A stretch of DNA of 64,000 bases from Octopus sinensis. Its lineage: Eukaryota. Numbering within the stretch: position 1 is the first letter of the stretch; every line of letters begins with the position of its first letter. Both the position numbers and the translations under genes were made by a program. The notes under the pieces are model-generated. The model had not been told where the DNA came from and did not search any database. It saw nothing but the letters and a program-made list of their open reading frames with translations. This document shows, in pieces, positions 11,241 to 25,331 of the stretch. The stretch is taken from positions 62,248,001-62,312,000 of the forward strand of contig NC_043001.1 in assembly GCF_006345805.1 (NCBI RefSeq). The letters are read 5' to 3'.

Positions 11241-12954
11241 TGGGGAAAATAAATTCAAAAGAGAACAGTTCAAACTTTTTGAGAGGTCTACAAAGAGAGA
11301 AAGAATGATTTCTAATAAAGATTCCTCATATTCATAAAAAACAGCCAACCAAGTAATAAGAATATGAAAATAGTAGTGGAAAAATATCGTTATAGATATA
11401 AAAATACCATAAAACAATTATAGAAAAATGGAGGAGAAAAAGATGTTGAATCAAAATTAGATTTTATACAAAATACATACGCACGTTTCAAAGGAATATA
11501 CAAATATATAAGAAAAATTTATAACCATAGTAATTATGATTAAATTTATGCATTGTCATTTTCATCAATGTGAAGAATTTTTGTAAGGACATCAAAAAAG
11601 GTTTAATAAAATAAAGTAAATTAAATAAGATACAAAAGGGAGAATACAAGTAGGGTAATAGGGAAAAAATAGGATTTTAGTAAGCAAGTTTTAAAAAGGG
11701 AAAAATAACAGTAATAATAATAGTAAGAGAGACGAAAGTGAATAAAAGACAGACATATCAATGTGTATGCACGTCTATATGTGCGGTAAACTATAACATA
11801 AAAATAAGGATGAAAAGCTAAAGGGTATGTTTTTAAAAGATGGTAACAGGTCGAGACAAAGTATAATAAACAGGGCCACGTTTGTATAGTAGAATATAAC
11901 GTAACAGGTGGACTAGTAGAAAAAACCAGAGTTATACATATACATATTAATATTAAAAAACGAAAAACTATATGTATATATATTTTACACGAGGTTAAAA
12001 AGTGATAAGCGAGAGTGTTTGAAAAAGTTACAATATTAAAGTAAAAATGTACATACGAACTTAAAGAAAAAACATCGATCAGACAAGACTGGCCGGTGTA
12101 AACAATGATTTTTCCAATCTGTTACAGCTGTTTGATGAATAGATGTGATTATAGTGCAATTCCCTGCAAACAAAAGCTACACCTTCACAACGCTTAACCA
12201 CGCACGTACATTAAGTATGTCATATTAATAATGTTTACATTATTTAAGCTGCTTCAAACACAAATTCTAATATTAATATATGTATATTTACTTATCCATA
12301 TATTTTGTTTTATTCTTTCTTTTTTGTACCCAGTTTTCTACTTCCTCTTCTTCTCGATGTTCATCTCTGTCTCAATGTATTTAAACTTGTAACAGCTTTC
12401 TGACTAACATAACGCAACATTCCTGATGATTTGGGTAAACATACCACTTAAATTTATCTAAATTAATTAAATTTAATTTAATTACGTATCACAGTTATGT
12501 AATTATACATTTCCCTGTGTTTATCTTGAAACAGCAATTGAGCACAATAATATTATGAACTCTATGTGCAATTTATGCTTTTCTGCTTCGAGATAGAGAG
12601 ACAGACAGACAGACAGATAGATAGCTACAAGCGTGCACATGGATGCACACATACACACACACATTCACACATACATATATATCCTTGTTTTGGGGGCCAA
12701 GATACGGGTCTCTTCACATGCCCAGTCTATGAATATAGCTGTAATTCGTGTTACTTAGCATAATTTTGTTGTTTCATTGCGATAAGGACTTGCACAAAAA
12801 TATTTCTTTGCATTTATCAATGTTTTTTACCAGGCTTGTATTCCTTATTTAGAATTCAACTTACCTACAGACAAGCGTGAATGTAGGTCAGTTGATAGGT
12901 ATTTGGATTGGTAAGAAGGTATATATATTTGGGAAAATTATTATAGTCTTCATT

Positions 12955-13165
12955 AAGGTGGCAAGTTGGCAGAATCGTTAGCACGCTGGACGAAATACTT
13001 AGCGGTATTTCGTCCGTCGCTACGTTCTGAGTTCAAATTTTGACGAGGTCGACTTTGCCTTTCATCTTTATGGTTCGATAAATTAAGTACCAGTTGAACA
13101 CTGGGGTCGATGTAATCGACTCATCCCCAAGCTGCCCCTGTGGCAAAAATTTGAAATAATTATTA
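12955..13165 (+). mobile_element. tRNA-type SINE (GGCAGAATCGTTAGC... family)
   Basis: The same roughly 200-bp sequence recurs at 15938, 16213, 16449, 23874, 25123, 29232 and inverted near 22000. B-box-like GAGTTCAAATT; (TAA)-rich tail. Confidence 0.85.
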
Positions 13166-13654
13166 CTCTCTTCGTTCATATGTATGTATGTGTTTGTGTA
13201 TGTATATATATACTACTAATATAGGATGAAGTTTTTTTCTCTACAGAAAAAAATTCCATCAAGTAATGTGGTAGCATATTAAAATACCTTTACGGTTAAA
13301 ATTATAAACAACTTATAAGTAAGGGCTAAAGAAAATTATTTCAAAGCCAATATACACTGATAATAGACTATTAAACCGTCAACTTCCACATATAATCTAC
13401 TCGCTACAGCAAAAAAAAATCGAAGTCGGGCAAACTGGCCGTTAGAATTTTAAAAATCCGTTATCTCTATATTGAATCAATTTATAAGTATATATATATA
13501 TATAATATATATATATATATTGCCCTCAAATGCTTTCAGTACTTTTTTTCATTTATTTGAATACAGCTCTATGTCATTCATCCACATATATGTCTACGCG
13601 ATACGCGCATATGTATTTGTGTACCGATACATATAAATTTCCTTTCAATTTCAG

Positions 13655-13819
13655 CACTGACAACTGATAATGTCCACAGCAAACCTGCACTTCCATGGAA
13701 AGACACGTGTCCGGAAACAATTGAGAAGAAAACAACTCAAATTCAGACAACTGATAAAATCAAAACAACATCAGAAATAAATAAAGACGATATTGCCAAA
13801 AGCGATGTTAGTAAGAAAG
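13655..13819 (+). CDS. Host gene exon (Thr/Lys-rich extracellular stalk), phase 1-1
   Basis: Acceptor ttcctttcaatttcag; 165 nt open (LTTDNVHSKPALPWKDTC...SDVSKK); donor AAG|gtgaga. Confidence 0.7.
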
Positions 13820-14286
13820 GTGAGATGATTCAACATGTATAATTAATACAGTATAACGATAACAGAATGTTAATGCGATTAATTTTTCAGATTATTGTCT
13901 CTAGTGATGGTAAATGGCTAAGCACATGCATGGTTGTGTGGTTAAGAAGCTCGCTTTGAAAATTTCATGCCTTGTGAATGAATTTTGTAGACGGAAACTG
14001 TGTGGAAATCCGTTTTTCACACACACAAACATACATCTGTGTGTATTTATGTATGTGTCTTTGTTCTTGAGTTTATGTTTGTACACCCCTCACTGTTTGG
14101 CAACCAGTGTTGGTTTCTTTACGTTCCTATAAGGTATTAGTTCAGCAAAAGAGACCAACAGAATAAGTAACAAACTTTAAAAATAAGTACTGGGGTCGAT
14201 TTGTTCTAAATCAGTGCCCCAGCATGCCGCATTTCAATGACTCAAGCAAGTAAAAGATAAACACACACACACGTATACATATACAG

Positions 14287-14426
<140 letters not shown>

Positions 14427-14479
14427 CATTATATTATATATGTATATATGTGTGTGTGTATATATGTGTGTGTGTATAT

Positions 14480-15030
14480 ATGTATATGGTGATTGTCTAC
14501 TCCTTATGCAGAGTTTGACCACCTCCTGTACCTACACCTTAGTACCATCATGGCATCTGATGTGGCTTTTTAAACCAGACAATGTTCTGAAAAGACACCC
14601 ACATAGATTGCACTTCCAATTAGGACCACCAAGAGCTGCAAATAAGTTCTGCTCTTTGTGGATCTTAAAATGTCTCTTGAGGCCTCCGTTGGATTTGCAA
14701 ACCTTCTGGCATACACGGCATTCAAAGGTGTGCACAGACATATATGCAGAATAGTTGGTGGAGGTTTGTTTTCCATGCGTTCACAGATGAGATTTGAGGC
14801 CAGCAAAAGACAGGTATGGTCTGTCACAGACCGTGCACACAAAAAGGTCATTGTCATTCACCTTCTTGATCGTTACATTCTTCTTTAGATCTCTTTTGGG
14901 TGTTACTTGTATCATGAGCATTGAGTACATGAGCATTGGAAGGAACTTAAAGAAGAGAAGAGCTCATCGGTTCTGTACCAGCACACCAAGCAGGAACACG
15001 GGAGCTCACTCAACAACATAGAAGTTAAAA
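14480..15030 (-). mobile_element. RTE-clade LINE 3' fragment with C2H2-like zinc fingers
   Basis: CRVCQKVCKSNGGLKRHFKIH and CNLCGCLFRTLSGLKSHIRCH; similar to the C-terminal part at 54595-54960. Confidence 0.65.
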
Positions 15031-15851
15031 TCTTGTCCACACATAGAACAGACGCAACGCTTAGACAAAATGCAGAATCTACACACATAATAGAAGATAA
15101 ACCTAGCCTCAATAGGAAACTAGAATGGAACACTAGCACACACACACCCCACACACCTCACACACCACAACCTATGACAGACTAAGATCCCCATAAACTG
15201 ATAATAATATGAATATAATACAATGCACAGATAAATAAATGGAATTAAATAAATATATATATTAACAAATTAAATTAAATTACATTTAATTAATACAAAA
15301 AAATAGAAAGAAAAGAAAAAGTAAGTAGATATAAACAAATGAATAAAATAAATATAAGTAAATTAAACGAACGTGTATAAACAGGGGATACTGATAATGC
15401 AGGCACATTCTCACATACACACACACTAAACATAGACACATACAGGGATATACGCATGCGCAAATAAAGACACATACAATAGGAATACAAAATGGCAGGT
15501 CATCAGTAAGGAGAGACACACAAAAAAGAAACAAGAAAGCAAAATATCACTAATGACGTCACAGAAGTGTAACAAAAGAACTCTGTCCGAAATATAATTA
15601 ATATAAAAGCAAGTGAACACCAAATATATAGTGTGTGTGTTTTTATTGGATAAAGTAGCAACATGACCATCCCCAAATACAACAATATATATATGGTTAG
15701 TGGAAACTCTATATGGAACAAACAGGAGGAATCTTCAGAACTTCTGTCAAGCAAACGTTTCGGCTTACCAGTTCTTGAGTTCTTGACACTTATAGTGTGA
15801 ACAATACGTGACAGTAGAAAGAAAATTAAAGTTACTCTCTTGAATGTTCAA

Positions 15852-15895
<44 letters not shown>

Positions 15896-15896
15896 A

Positions 15897-15929
<33 letters not shown>

Positions 15930-15937
15930 GTCATTAT

Positions 15938-16154
15938 TAACGAGCTAGCAGAATCGTTAGCACTCTGGGCGAAATGCTTAGTAGTATTTCGTCTGTCGCT
16001 ACGTTCCGAGTTCAAATTCCGCCGAGATCGACTTTGCCTTTCAGCTTATCGCGGTCAATAAAATAAGTATCAGTTGTGCACTGGGGTCGACGTAATCGAT
16101 TTAACCCCTTCCCCACAATTGCTGCAAAATTTGGAACCATTACTACTACTGGTG

Positions 16155-16202
<48 letters not shown>

Positions 16203-16675
16203 TGACTACCATGGTGGTGAGCTGGCAGAATTGTTAGTATGCCGGGCGAAATGCTTAGCGGTATTTCGTTTCCCGCTACCTTCTGAGTTCAAATTCCGCG
16301 GAGGTCGACTTTGCATTTCATCCTTTCGGGATCGAGGAAATAAGTACCAGTTAAGTGCTGGGGTCGATGTAATTGACTAGCCCCTTCCCCCAAAATTTTC
16401 AAGACCTTGTGCCTCGAGTAGAAATAATTATTACTATAACTATTACATAAGGCAGTGAGCTGGCAGAATCGGTTGCATGTTGGACGAAATGCTTAGCGGT
16501 ACGTTGCCCGTCGCTGCGTTCTGAATTAAAATTCCGTCGAGGTTGACTTTGCCTTTCATTGTTTCGGGATCGATAAATTAGGTACCAGTTGCATAGTGGA
16601 ATCGATCTAATTGACTGGATCCCACCTCCCAAAATTTCAGGCCTTGTGCCTATAGTAGAAAGGATTATTATTATG
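15938..16675 (+). mobile_element. Three head-to-tail copies of the tRNA-type SINE separated by (TAA)/(CTA) tails
   Basis: Repeat units start near 15938, 16213 and 16449. Confidence 0.85.
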
Positions 16676-16679
16676 TCAC

Positions 16680-16870
16680 TTTCCTCTATCCTCCCCTACC
16701 TCATTCCCCCTACACATCTGAGCAATGATTTTTCCTACTACGGTTTTTCCAAATGTCCTGAAGAAGGAGTCTTCACCCCGAAATATAGAAATACAAGGTA
16801 AATCTGAAACATCGTTTTGTTTTCTTTTCCTTTTGTAGTATAATTTGCACCTTCTCGCATTGTTCCGGCC
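16680..16870 (+). mobile_element. Probable Penelope-like terminal remnant with degenerate hammerhead core
   Basis: CTGAAGA (16758) - AGGAG...CCCC - GAAATATA arrangement. Confidence 0.4.
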
Positions 16871-16910
16871 TTACACAACAGCTTTATATATATATATATA
16901 TATATAATAT

Positions 16911-16954
<44 letters not shown>

Positions 16955-17629
16955 ATATATACGTATGTATATATATAATCAAAATAAGCAACAAGTATAT
17001 CCGAGGTAGAGTAGTACAGTTGTTTCATGCTACTTCATTTTATTAAACACTGTAAGTATTACGTCAGTTTTAAAATGTCGAGCAATCTTCAGCCACTTAT
17101 AGAATTTTCCAATCAAACGGACAATGCACATTCTTATCTCTGTTTGATTTGCCAACATTATAAAGAGGGTAAATATACAGACAGAGAGGTTGATTTCATT
17201 CTTAAGAACATGATAGCAGTATATTCACTCTCTGACTGTAGATTTTAACTTTGAGTTCACTTTGTTATTTAGATCTGTCAGTGGGGATGGGGGATTTTAT
17301 TTTTGGTTGGATGGAGACAAAGCATTTTTTCTATTTATAGATATAGGAAGGGGAAGTACAAATGTCAAAACCATAAACCTATTCCCATTTTGAGGAATTC
17401 AGTTTAGATGCATTTAATGTATTATAGCAAAAAGCTAGTAAGTTGAAGTTAGAGGGGTAGTGGAACATAGACTACTAGTGCTCTAGAGGTTTTAATGTGT
17501 CTTACCATTTAACATCCAGATTCTATATTAAGAAATTTAAGTAAATATTCTTTAGATAATTTTCTAAAGGATTTCAATAAATATTAGTATCTTATATATG
17601 GATAGAAAATATAGAAATCATTTCATATT

Positions 17630-17688
<59 letters not shown>

Positions 17689-18699
17689 ATTTCTATTAAT
17701 ATATAATCATAATTAACTAGTAAATGGTGATTTTTTAATGAATTGAATTAAAAGAAAATGTTATACATAATATTTACTAACTGTGGAAAAAAAACTTTAT
17801 TAATTTAGCACATATATCAGGAGTCAATAAGATATATTAAAATATATTAAAAAGTAATGGAAGGGAGGTAATCAAGACGAACCAAGTAATTTCTCTAGAT
17901 ATATAGAATTTTTTGCAATTATTTCATATTTATATATCTCCATTTCTATTAATATAGAATCATAATTAGCTAGTAAATGGGGATTTGTTTTATTAATGAG
18001 TCATTTGATTTATATGGATAATACCATACAAAATTCTGGTGCCTTTGACTTAAGTACCATATTCATCTGAATCTAAATTTTGCTGAACTTATATATATAT
18101 ACCAAATTCAGGGAATGGAACAAGTAAAATGTAAGCTGCACATGTTTCTTAACTAGCTGTCATCCATTTACGTGAGTTGGACTCACTGTTGCGTCGTAGC
18201 TGACATTCTGTGTGACATGTAAACTTCATTAAGGTATTTGTAGGCTGATGATTAGCTAAGCTGAGAAGAGTTCATTGTGTAACAATTGCAGAATAAGCAA
18301 CAGCTGGTTAAGAAACATATATAGCTTACATTTTTACCTGTTCCACTCCCTAAATTATAAATTTTATTCGCATTTTTAGCAGCTAACAGTCAGCTGTATA
18401 GAAAGTATCAGCTTATCGAATTTCTTTGCAACTTCGATATGGGAAAAAGTAGTATAACACTGGATGCCAATAAATTATCACCACTAATCCCATCTAGGAG
18501 TGATGGACATCGATGTTTCGCCATTTTTGTGGCATATCGACGTCACGTACCAGAACAGTATCAAAGATAACTCATATCGTCAGCCTACAACTTATATGCA
18601 TATAGCATGCAAACTATGTGTGGGTATGCCCGTACAATGCATATGTTAAGATACTTACACATACTTCCACGCTATATGCATTTATCATGTTCATTAAGT

Positions 18700-19200
18700 A
18701 CATGTGGTTGATAATGTTCGTTATACCAGCGCTGCTTCTATTTCATATTTGAATTTATTCTTACGTATGCACACACAGCATCTCCCACCTCACGCATCAT
18801 ACACACTTTTCCTCGCCTTTCGATCACACCTCCGTACACCCCTAAATCTTACTACTGCTACTAACCTGGTCTCTTCACTCCCTCACGTCATCACTCACAC
18901 AAACACACAGACACTCACACTGACCATTTTTATTGTCCTCTCTTGCCTTCAAAAACCACTTTCTCCATCTCTCTCCACTTCCGGTCAGTTATTTTTAAGC
19001 TATATAACGACACACGTGCTTTTCTCGGACTATGCTTTCCTTCTCACTGGACTGTTTCCTCTTTCCTCTTTCTGACGAAAAGCCATGCTCGAAATGTCAA
19101 ACACCTCTTTTTCCATCGTAAACTTTCTCTGAGCGCCAACCTGATACATTCACTGTGTACGTCCTTTGATTTTTGTTGCTTTTCCTGCTTTTTTCTTTGT
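18700..19200 (+). mobile_element. Probable Penelope-like 3' remnant with degenerate hammerhead core
   Basis: C/A-rich tract followed by CTGACGA (19072) - AAAGC cat GCTC - GAAATGTC. Confidence 0.4.
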
Positions 19201-19220
19201 ATTTTTGATTTGTCTCTTCC

Positions 19221-19221
<1 letters not shown>

Positions 19222-19257
<36 letters not shown>

Positions 19258-20677
19258 TTAGCGTCCATTTTCCATGCTAGCAGAGGTTAGACAGTTTGGC
19301 TGGAACTGGTAAACTGGAGAGCTGCACCAGGCTCCAGTCTATTTTGGCTTGATTTCTAACGCCAATCAATTCGGTGAATGTAAGCCTTTAGTGTGTCACT
19401 GGACGGGTGCCTTTAACATATCACCGGCACGGGTGCCTTTAACGCGTTACTAGCACTGGCCACAACTACAATTCCAGTCATTTGTCATCGCTTCCATGAG
19501 ATTCAACATCTAAAGATCATATTTCGTCACCTCATCCCACGTCTTCCTGCGACTACCTCTTCCACGGATAGAGATCGACACTTCTTTGCGCAACTGTTCT
19601 CATCTATACGCATCACATGCCCATACCAGCGCAGTCTTCTCTTTTGCACACTACAGCTGATGCTTCTTATACCCAATTTTTCTCTTAAGGTACTCATACT
19701 CTGTCGCACGTGTACACTTACATTGCACATCTAGTGGAACATACTAGCTTCACTTCTTTCAAGCTTTGCACATTCTCTGTCGTCATAGTCCATGTTTCAC
19801 TTCCATGTAGCATGGCCCTTCGCACAAAGATATGAAATCTGCCATTCACTCTGCGAGAGAGGCCCTTTGTTACCACCAAAGTTAGAAGCACTCTGAACTT
19901 CGCCCAACCAGTTCATATTCTAGCAGCTACACTCTCAGAGTATTCTTCCCGTTGCTGATTTGGTCACCTAGATAAAGAAAGTTATCAACTACTTCTAGGC
20001 ATCCTCCTGGCATTTGATGGAGACTCATTTTTGTATATTTCTAGCGCTTACTACATCTGTGACAACACACAAAGGTTATTTTTCCTGTTAACCTTCCTCT
20101 GATATTGCTGCACCTTTTATGTATCCTTAGCTTGAACCAGGTACATCTTAAAGAGTTTCTACCTGCACCTTTTCTACATATCGAGCAGGGCCATCTACCT
20201 GAAGGGATTTGTGATATGTCCGCTTTCCTATTAACACTTTGGTTTTTTTCTCAATTAACCCTGAAGCCCTTTGATTCCAGACCTTGCTTCCACTACTGAA
20301 ATTTGTTCTCCATTTCTGGTAGTGATTCAGCTATATGAAGGCCATCAACATGAAAGAACTCCCAAGAGCAGCTCTTTTTAAATTCCTCTGCTTTTGCCAG
20401 GAGGACTATGATGAACAAGTGGGGGCTGAGAACTGATCTCTGGTGAACTCCTACCTGTACACTGAATTCATTGCTATACTCGTTGCCAACTTTCACTTTA
20501 CTGACAGCTCCCTTGTACGGCTTGTACGGCTCTCATCAGCCACTCACCTATTTCTAGCTTCTGCATTGACCACCAGATAACGGAGTGGGGAACCCTGTCA
20601 AAGGCTTTCTCTATGTCAACAAAAGCCAGGTGCAGAGGTTTATTTTTGGATAAGTATTTCTGCAGCTGCTTTGTGCA

Positions 20678-20690
<13 letters not shown>
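19222..20690 (-). mobile_element. Degenerate RTE-clade LINE, same family as 57860-59696
   Basis: DIEKAFDRVP, VGVHQRSVLSP and RRLRWYGHVMR; shared 3'UTR with (ATG)n tail. Confidence 0.85.
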
Positions 20691-20708
<18 letters not shown>

Positions 20709-20789
20709 AACTAGGAGCTACTATTCATATTATTTATCTTGTATATTACTTCTGAATTTGTAGTTTTTACATTTCTGATATGATTCTAG

Positions 20790-21029
20790 ATTTACCACCA
20801 ACACGTAGGTCTGAAATATTTTCTAAAAGTACTGAAGTGATCGATTCTACTGTAAGAATGGTACCTGCTCTGACCCCAGTCCATAGAGAGGTGAAGACCC
20901 ATAAAACAGCCGCTGACGGGAAGATGGAAGTAAAATTTAGCACCACTGAAACTAGTCATGTTGCAGTTATAACCAATAAACATCATGAAACTGGGGTTAT
21001 GGATGGCACTGAGGAAAATAGCGTAAGAC
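20790..21029 (+). CDS. Host gene exon (Ser/Thr/Glu-rich stalk), phase 1-1
   Basis: Acceptor ...gattctag; 240 nt open (DLPPTRRSEIFSKSTEV...EENSVR); donor C|gtgagt. Confidence 0.75.
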
Positions 21030-21550
21030 GTGAGTATATGCATAAAAGTTGGTAATATCGGTCTATGCATCCACAATACTGAAATTGACACGATGTCTGG
21101 TGATAAGCAGAATGTTTAGTTCAATTCCTATCATTGTGTGAGGCTAACTGGTACTTTGATTTAGTAGTCAATAATGTGATGGATCATGTAACCAACAACT
21201 CATTCAACATATAATTTTCCTTGCACGGGTTTTCACTAGAAAACGGACAGTTAATTTGGCCACAAATATCCACTGTTTGTCAAGGAGTTATAAGAGTCAG
21301 AAGTAGGTGAAAGTAAATTTGTGTTTGTACGTTCTCCACTGTATATTCTTCAAGAAAGAACAAGAGTTAAATTCGTTAGAATGGGATTTGATAGAATTTG
21401 TTTTTCGGAAAAGAGAGGAACATATGGGATATTAATAAAATTTCATACATCGTTACAAGATCGCATATATAAGGAGGTAGTTTAAAAGTAAGTTGAAAAG
21501 TCCATTCAAATGCAAATATAACAAAATGAATTTATAGTAACAGAATGAGT

Positions 21551-21900
21551 ATTAATATCAAAAAGTAATCTTGGTCTCAAACTGAACATGGAGGTTGTGT
21601 TAGAACACAGAATTCTACATTATTTACCTTGAGAGAATCTCTCATAAGGACTTATGGTGCACAAAAGTACACGAAATTATGCAGTTGACATATGAGAATC
21701 GTCTGCTACGGCCGCCGGAACTACCAGGTCATGTGATTTCAACCTGTCATGGGTCCCAACAGCTGTTATCGCACTACTGAACATATTTTGGTTTACGAGT
21801 CCTTATGAGAGATTCTCTCAAGGTAAATAACGCAGTATTCTGTGTTCTAACACAACTTTCACATTGAGTTGGAAATCAAGATTACCTTTTTATAATAAAA
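21551..21900. repeat. Imperfect inverted repeat, about 100-bp arms (MITE-like)
   Basis: TTATTTACCTTGAGAGAATCTCTCATAAGGAC in the left arm is mirrored at about 21799-21830; the outer arm is imperfect. Confidence 0.65.
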
Positions 21901-21911
21901 TTAATAGTAAT

Positions 21912-22110
21912 GTTTCAAATTTTGGCACAATGCCAACAATTTTAAGGGAAGAGAGTTGGTCGATTACATCAACTCCAGTACTTCACTGATATTTATTTTA
22001 GAGACCCAGAAAGGATGAAAAGCAAAGTTGACCTCATCGGAATTTAAATTCAAAACGTAAAGCCGGAATAAATGCCGTTAAACATTTTATCCGGCATGCT
22101 ATCAATTCTG
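21912..22110 (-). mobile_element. tRNA-type SINE, reverse orientation
   Basis: Reverse complement of the 12955 family. Confidence 0.75.
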
Positions 22111-22831
22111 CTAGCTGACGGCCCTGATAATAATATTCCCTTCTTCGAAGTCTGCATTAATTGTAAACACAATCTATTGTTTCAGATGAATCCCAATGGC
22201 TCATTTTATCCTTTTCTTGTTTCTGTCATTCATTCATTGCTGCTATTTTGGGAGACCACCTTGAAGAATTTTAGTCGAATGACTCAACCCCAGTACTTAT
22301 TTTTAGGTCTGGTACTTATTCTATCGGTACCTTTTACTGAGCTGCTGAGTTATGAAGACGTAAAGAAACCAATATTTTTAATTTTAATTATAACACTAAT
22401 AATGTTTAGAAAGGAATAAATATCAAAATATTCAATTTACCATCAAGTATAATGTAGTCAAAAGAACTGATTATTATTTAGTTTCGTTCAAAATTCAACT
22501 TCCCCTCTAAGAAAGAGAATGGTTTGTTTGATTGAAGCAACTCTCTTGATTTATAGAACAGTGGCATCGGAAAAGGATAGAAATACTGAGATTGCCGAAT
22601 AGGTAGTTGCATAGAAAATATTAATACGAAAATAGGTTGAGAGAAAGAGAATGAGAATTTGTGAAGCAGAGAGAGATAATGAGGAACAGTGGGAATCTAC
22701 AGAGCTCTTGCATACAAACCATAGATTTTACATCATATATATACTCCATATTTCAATCTGCCCTGAAACAATTTTGCGCATTTTTTTTCAGTATGACAAT
22801 AGAGCATTTAAAAAAATATTACATCTATCTT

Positions 22832-22905
22832 CAGTGGACTCAAGTAAATTCTAAAGCTGAATTTATATTCAGCTTTGAATTTTTAGAATTTACTTGAGTC
22901 CACTG
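22832..22905. repeat. 74-bp hairpin (tiny MITE-like)
   Basis: CAGTGGACTCAAGTAAATTCTAAA ... TTTAGAATTTACTTGAGTCCACTG, with inner GCTGAAT/ATTCAGC. Confidence 0.7.
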
Positions 22906-23462
22906 TATTTTGGATTATTTGTGACAATCTGTGCTGTTTCTATGTGGACATAATTATGAGTTTCACATTAGTTGCTTTGATCTGGTAGGTGAATTAATAT
23001 TTTAAAATGATTTTTTAGTTTCGTCCTACTGTGCTGTTGATGCGTGCAAAGTTATTGTTATCATTTAGGCACAGGTCAGCCTTGATTGAACAGACCTATA
23101 ATTAAGGTGTTCAAGTCACGCTTATCTTGTTTTTGGCAAGGTATAATTCAAGACAGTATTATTGGATTTGAGGGAGATTTGTCTAATACTTCTAGCAAAC
23201 TGATGTCTATACCCTTACTCGAATTATCTGAGGTTGGTTGGGCATGTTATGTCCTAGACTATTCGGATTGGAATGGAAAATAGTCAAATTTTGGTTCTCA
23301 AAATGTATATGTACGAAGGGAAATTATTGTAACTAGCTACTCTTTGTAGTTCATGAGATTGAGAAAGTAACCGTTTTTCTTCCAAACAAATTATCTCCTC
23401 TGTATCGATCTAACTTATGACATTGTTTCGTAATGTCGATTTTTTCCCCCACTTTTTTTCAG

Positions 23463-23513
23463 ACACAAGTGTATCTTCGCAGCCTGGAATGTTTGGCAAA
23501 GAAATTATCACAG
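23463..23513 (+). CDS. Host gene juxtamembrane exon, phase 1-1
   Basis: Acceptor cccccactttttttcag; 51 nt (TSVSSQPGMFGKEIIT); donor AG|gtaaag. Confidence 0.7.
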
Positions 23514-23873
23514 GTAAAGTGGAAACTTACTATTTCGGTTTACCTTCTATTTTTATCACTCGCTGTATTTGTCATCAAATTGCAATTACGAGTATTCTGG
23601 AAGGTTGCTAAACTAGAAATGACGGCATCCAGCCGATCCCTCTCTTACTGACCACGATGAGGTAAAATAAATGTGAAAGACCTTTAAAACTGTTCCGTGT
23701 ATCTAGTTAATCTATTTAATGTATTTGATAAATTTACCAATACAATGACGGTCAAAATCTTTGAGTATACTTCAAAGTAATCTCTAGTATGACAAAAAGC
23801 ACTGCTGGTGCATCGGTAATTTGAGTAACAGAACGTCAGTAATCATGTATAGTTAATATTATTACTGTTTATA

Positions 23874-24465
23874 AGGCGGCAAGCGGACAGAATTGCAAGC
23901 ATTCTGCATGAAATGCTTAGTTGTATTTCGTCTGCCGTTACGTTCTGAGTTCAAATTCCGCCGGGTCGACTTTACCTTTCATCCTTTCGGGGTCGATAAA
24001 CTAAGTACCAGTTACGCACTGGGGGTCGATGTAATCGACTTAATCTGTTTGTCTGTCCTTGTTTGTCCCCTCTGTGTTTAGCCCCTTATGGGTAGTAAAG
24101 AAATAGGTATTTTGTCTGTTTCCACGTTCTGGGTTAAAATTCCGCCGAAGTCGATTTTGCCTTTCATCTTTTCGGGGTCGATAAATTAAGTACCGGTAGA
24201 CACTGAGGCTGATGTAATCGACTAGACCCCTCCCTCCAAAATTTCGGGCTTTGTGTTTTCAGTAGAAAGGAATATTATTACTGTTTATATCGAGATAATA
24301 GAATTGTTATCTACCCACACCGGACAAAAATCTTAGTGGCATTTCTTTTGGCTATACGTTTTAAGTTCAAATTTCGCCGATTGACTTTGCCTTTCATCTT
24401 TTCGGGTCGATAAAATTAAGTACCAGTTGTAATCGCTAACCTTTTGCTGAAATTAGAAAGAATAA
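23874..24465 (+). mobile_element. Composite SINE cluster; the first copy carries a Tx1-type 3' tail at 24064-24105
   Basis: SINE body, then TGTCCCCTCTGTGTTTAGCCCCTTATGGGTAGTAAAGAAATA, then two further partial copies. Confidence 0.8.
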
Positions 24466-24534
24466 TTACTGTGTATGTTAGCTGTCTAGTATATATTTTT
24501 GTTGTCATTTCTATAGTTTTGGCTTATGTAAGTT

Positions 24535-24800
24535 TTTAGTTTTTACTTTCGCCTTAGCGAAGGCAGATGTATTGTATTCAGTCACGTTTGCTTGTTTGAT
24601 TGCTTGTTTGTCCGTGGACAAGATATCTCAAGAACCGCTGGAAGGATTCGGATGAAACTTTCAGAGATGTTTGGCCTCATTACTGGTACGAACTGATTAG
24701 ATTTGAGGATCGATCCGGTACCGGGCAAGGATTCTGGATAATTATCCCCCTTTTTTACTGAATTTTTGAGAGTGGTCGTGTTCATTTTTAGTATTTTCGT
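24535..24800 (+). mobile_element. Possible Helentron-associated (HINE/DINE-like) non-autonomous element
   Basis: TTTTACTTTCGCCTTAGCGAAGGC start, (TTGT/TTGC) microsatellite and GGATTCGGATGAAACTT core, resembling my recollection of that family. Confidence 0.4.
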
Positions 24801-25331
24801 TTGGGAGAGTCGTCGAGTTTATTTCAGATATTCTCATTTTAAAAATCCTCCCCGGCTAATCGTTGAGAGGACGTTGGTGTTGCCTTGTTTTAATTATTTT
24901 AATGGTAAACGGAGAACTCAATTAATGGAATCATTAAAGCATTGGACAGAAATTACTTGCGGGTTTTATGATTGTTTACGTTCGAAGATCAAATACTACC
25001 GAGGCCAAACATTTGCCTTTCATCCCTTTAAGATCGATAAAATAAAGTACCAGTCAAGTACTGAAGTCAACGGTGTCGATTAATTAACCCAGGCATTCTG
25101 ATAAAAAAATTATTATCATTATTCAAGCTGACGGAATTGTTAACACAGCAGTCAAAATTCTTAGCAGCATTTCATCCGAGTTCAAATGCTGTCGAGGTCA
25201 ACTTTGCTTTCATCCTTTTGGGATTGATAAAATAAATACCAATCAAACACTGGGCTCCGTGTAATCAACAAGCTTCCTCCCCAAAATTTTCAGGTCTTGT
25301 ACCTATAGCAGAAAGGATTATTATTATTATT

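Noticed and set aside
11094-11417. ORFs reading [16 protein letters not shown] or VVVV (also 5117, 14310, 15840, 16012, 31540 etc.)
   Set aside because: Translations of microsatellites.
12060-12170. Possible minus-strand exon after a ttttgtttgcag acceptor
   Set aside because: No partner exons or recognisable protein.
17101-17166. Possible extra phase 1-1 exon (FSNQTDNAHSYLCLICQHYKE)
   Set aside because: Weak polypyrimidine tract; not needed for frame continuity; no other support.
17590-18000. Short direct duplication around an (AT)n tract
   Set aside because: Ordinary local duplication with no further structure.
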